From NCBI RefSeq assembly GCF_009914755.1, contig NC_060933.1: 64,000 nt of DNA; one strand, written 5' to 3'. The DNA comes from the human T2T-CHM13v2.0 reference genome, Homo sapiens. Position numbers and translations under genes: made by a program. Shown here piece after piece: positions 62,254 through 64,000 of the stretch. The notes under the pieces were generated by a model. The model searched no databases. It had not been told where the DNA came from and worked only from the letters and a program-made list of their open reading frames with translations. Positions within the stretch are counted from its first letter, which is position 1. Every line of letters begins with the position of its first letter.

Positions 62254-62582
62254 GGCCGGGCGCTGTGGCTCACGCCTGTAATCCCAGCACTTTGGGAGGC
62301 CGAGGCGGGCGGATCATAAGGTCAGGAGATCAAGACCATCCTGGCTAACACGGTGAAACCCCGTCTCTACTAAAAATACAAAAAAATTAGCCGGGCGAGG
62401 TGGTGGGCGCCTGTAGTCCCAGCTACTCGGGAGGCTGAGGCAGGAGAATGGCGTGAACCCCGGGGGGCGGAGTGTGCAGTGAGCCGAGATCGCGCCACTG
62501 CACTCCAGCCTGGGCGACAGCGAGACTCCGTCTCAAAAAAACAAAAAAAAACAAAAACAAACAAAAACAAACAAACAAACAA
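62254..62582 (+). mobile_element. AluY (Ye5-like)
   Basis: Variants ccgggcgagg, cggggggcggag and gcgacagcgag; TSD aaaagcatcacat. Confidence 0.9.
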
Positions 62583-62596
62583 AAAAGCATCACATA

Positions 62597-63358
62597 ACTG
62601 GTCTGAGATAGTATCTCATTGTGGTTTTGATTTGCCTTTCTCTAATGACCAGCGATGATGAGCTTTTCTTCATATGTTTGTTGGCTGCATAAATGTCCTC
62701 TTTTGAGAAGTGTCTGTTCATATCCTTTGCCCACATTTTGATGGGGTTGTTTGTCTCTTGTAAATTTGTTTAAGTTCCTTGTAGATTCTAGATATTCGCC
62801 TTTTGTCAGATGGACAGATTGTAAAAATTTTCTCCCATTCCGTAGGTTGCCTGTTCACTCTGATGATAGTTTCTTTAGCTGTGCAGAAGCTCTTTAGTTT
62901 AACCAGATCCCATTCGTCTATTTTGGCTTTTGTTGCCATTGCTTTTGGTGTTTTAGTCATGAAGTCCTTGCCCATGCCTATGTCCTGGATGGTATTGCCT
63001 AGATTTTCTTCTAGGGTTTTTATGGTTTTAGGTCTTATGTTTAAGTCTTTAATCCATCGTGAGTTAAATTTTGTATAAGGTGTAAGGAAGGGGTCCAGTT
63101 TCAGTTTTCTGCGTATGGCCAGCCAGTTTTCCCAATACCATTTATTAAATAGGCAATTCTTTCCGCATTGCTTGTTTTTGTCAAGTTTCTCAAAGATCAG
63201 ATGGTTGTAAATGTGTGGTGTTATTTCTGAGGCCTCTGTTCTGTTCCATTGGTCTATATCTCTGTTTTGGTACCAGTACCATGCTGTTTTGGTCACTGTA
63301 GCCTTATAGTATACTTTGAAGTCAGGTAGCATGATGTCTCCAGCTTTGTTCTTTTTAC
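62597..63358 (-). mobile_element. L1PA ORF2 C-terminal fragment
   Basis: Peptide [30 protein letters not shown]...[24 protein letters not shown]. Confidence 0.95.
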
Positions 63359-63725
63359 TTTTGCATCTTTTAAAGAAGCTGAGGAAGAAAGGAGGGCAAG
63401 TATACATTTGTAAAGTTTGTGATATTAATCTTCTTATCTGCCATTTCTGGTTCTCTTTATTTTTGTACACCTGAAAAACCATCTGGTGTCAACCTCTTGG
63501 TTGGTCCAATATAGATTTGCTTCTGCTCATATCCTTTGTGCCATTATTGTCAAATATATTACATTTCCATAGGTTACGAATCCAACAATCTGTGTATATA
63601 CATATCATTTTATGCAATTGCATTTTAAATCATTTAAGGAAAGAAGACAAAATATCCAATTATACTCTAACAATTATCTACATAATTCAATTTACCAGCC
63701 TCTTTGTTTTCTCATATGGGGTTGA

Positions 63726-64000
<275 letters not shown>

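Noticed and set aside
62718-63482. 254-aa ORF
   Set aside because: Fragment of L1 ORF2 lacking EN and RT core; not a host gene or an active L1.

Overview
Human/hominid genomic DNA from a chromosome 9 pericentromeric segmental-duplication unit (SPATA31A/FAM74A duplicon). It holds one intact protein-coding gene, a minus-strand SPATA31A (FAM75A) paralogue with 4 coding exons (17236-17048, 15854-15797, 15228-15168, 14912-11177; 4044 nt, 1347 aa, all GT-AG introns). About 9 kb downstream lie a FAM74A-type exon built on a 34-bp minisatellite and a decayed PTS processed pseudogene. From about 17.9 kb to 64 kb the window is almost entirely nested transposable elements: L1, more than 20 Alus including an AluYb8, a near full-length Tigger1, two THE1 LTR-int-LTR elements, and LTR12-like and other ERV LTRs. 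I see no convincing new multi-gene system. The most interesting details are: (1) the PTS retrocopy lacks exactly the 23-nt exon 3; (2) a 220-bp diverged copy of SPATA31 exon 4 sits inside the Tigger1 end; (3) the exon-2 splice acceptor is quadruplicated in 18-bp in-frame units; (4) an internally deleted L1 has its 5'UTR pointing at the gene; (5) the FAM74A repeat keeps all three minus-strand frames open. Repeat subfamily names and reference comparisons come from recalled consensus sequences, not database searches.
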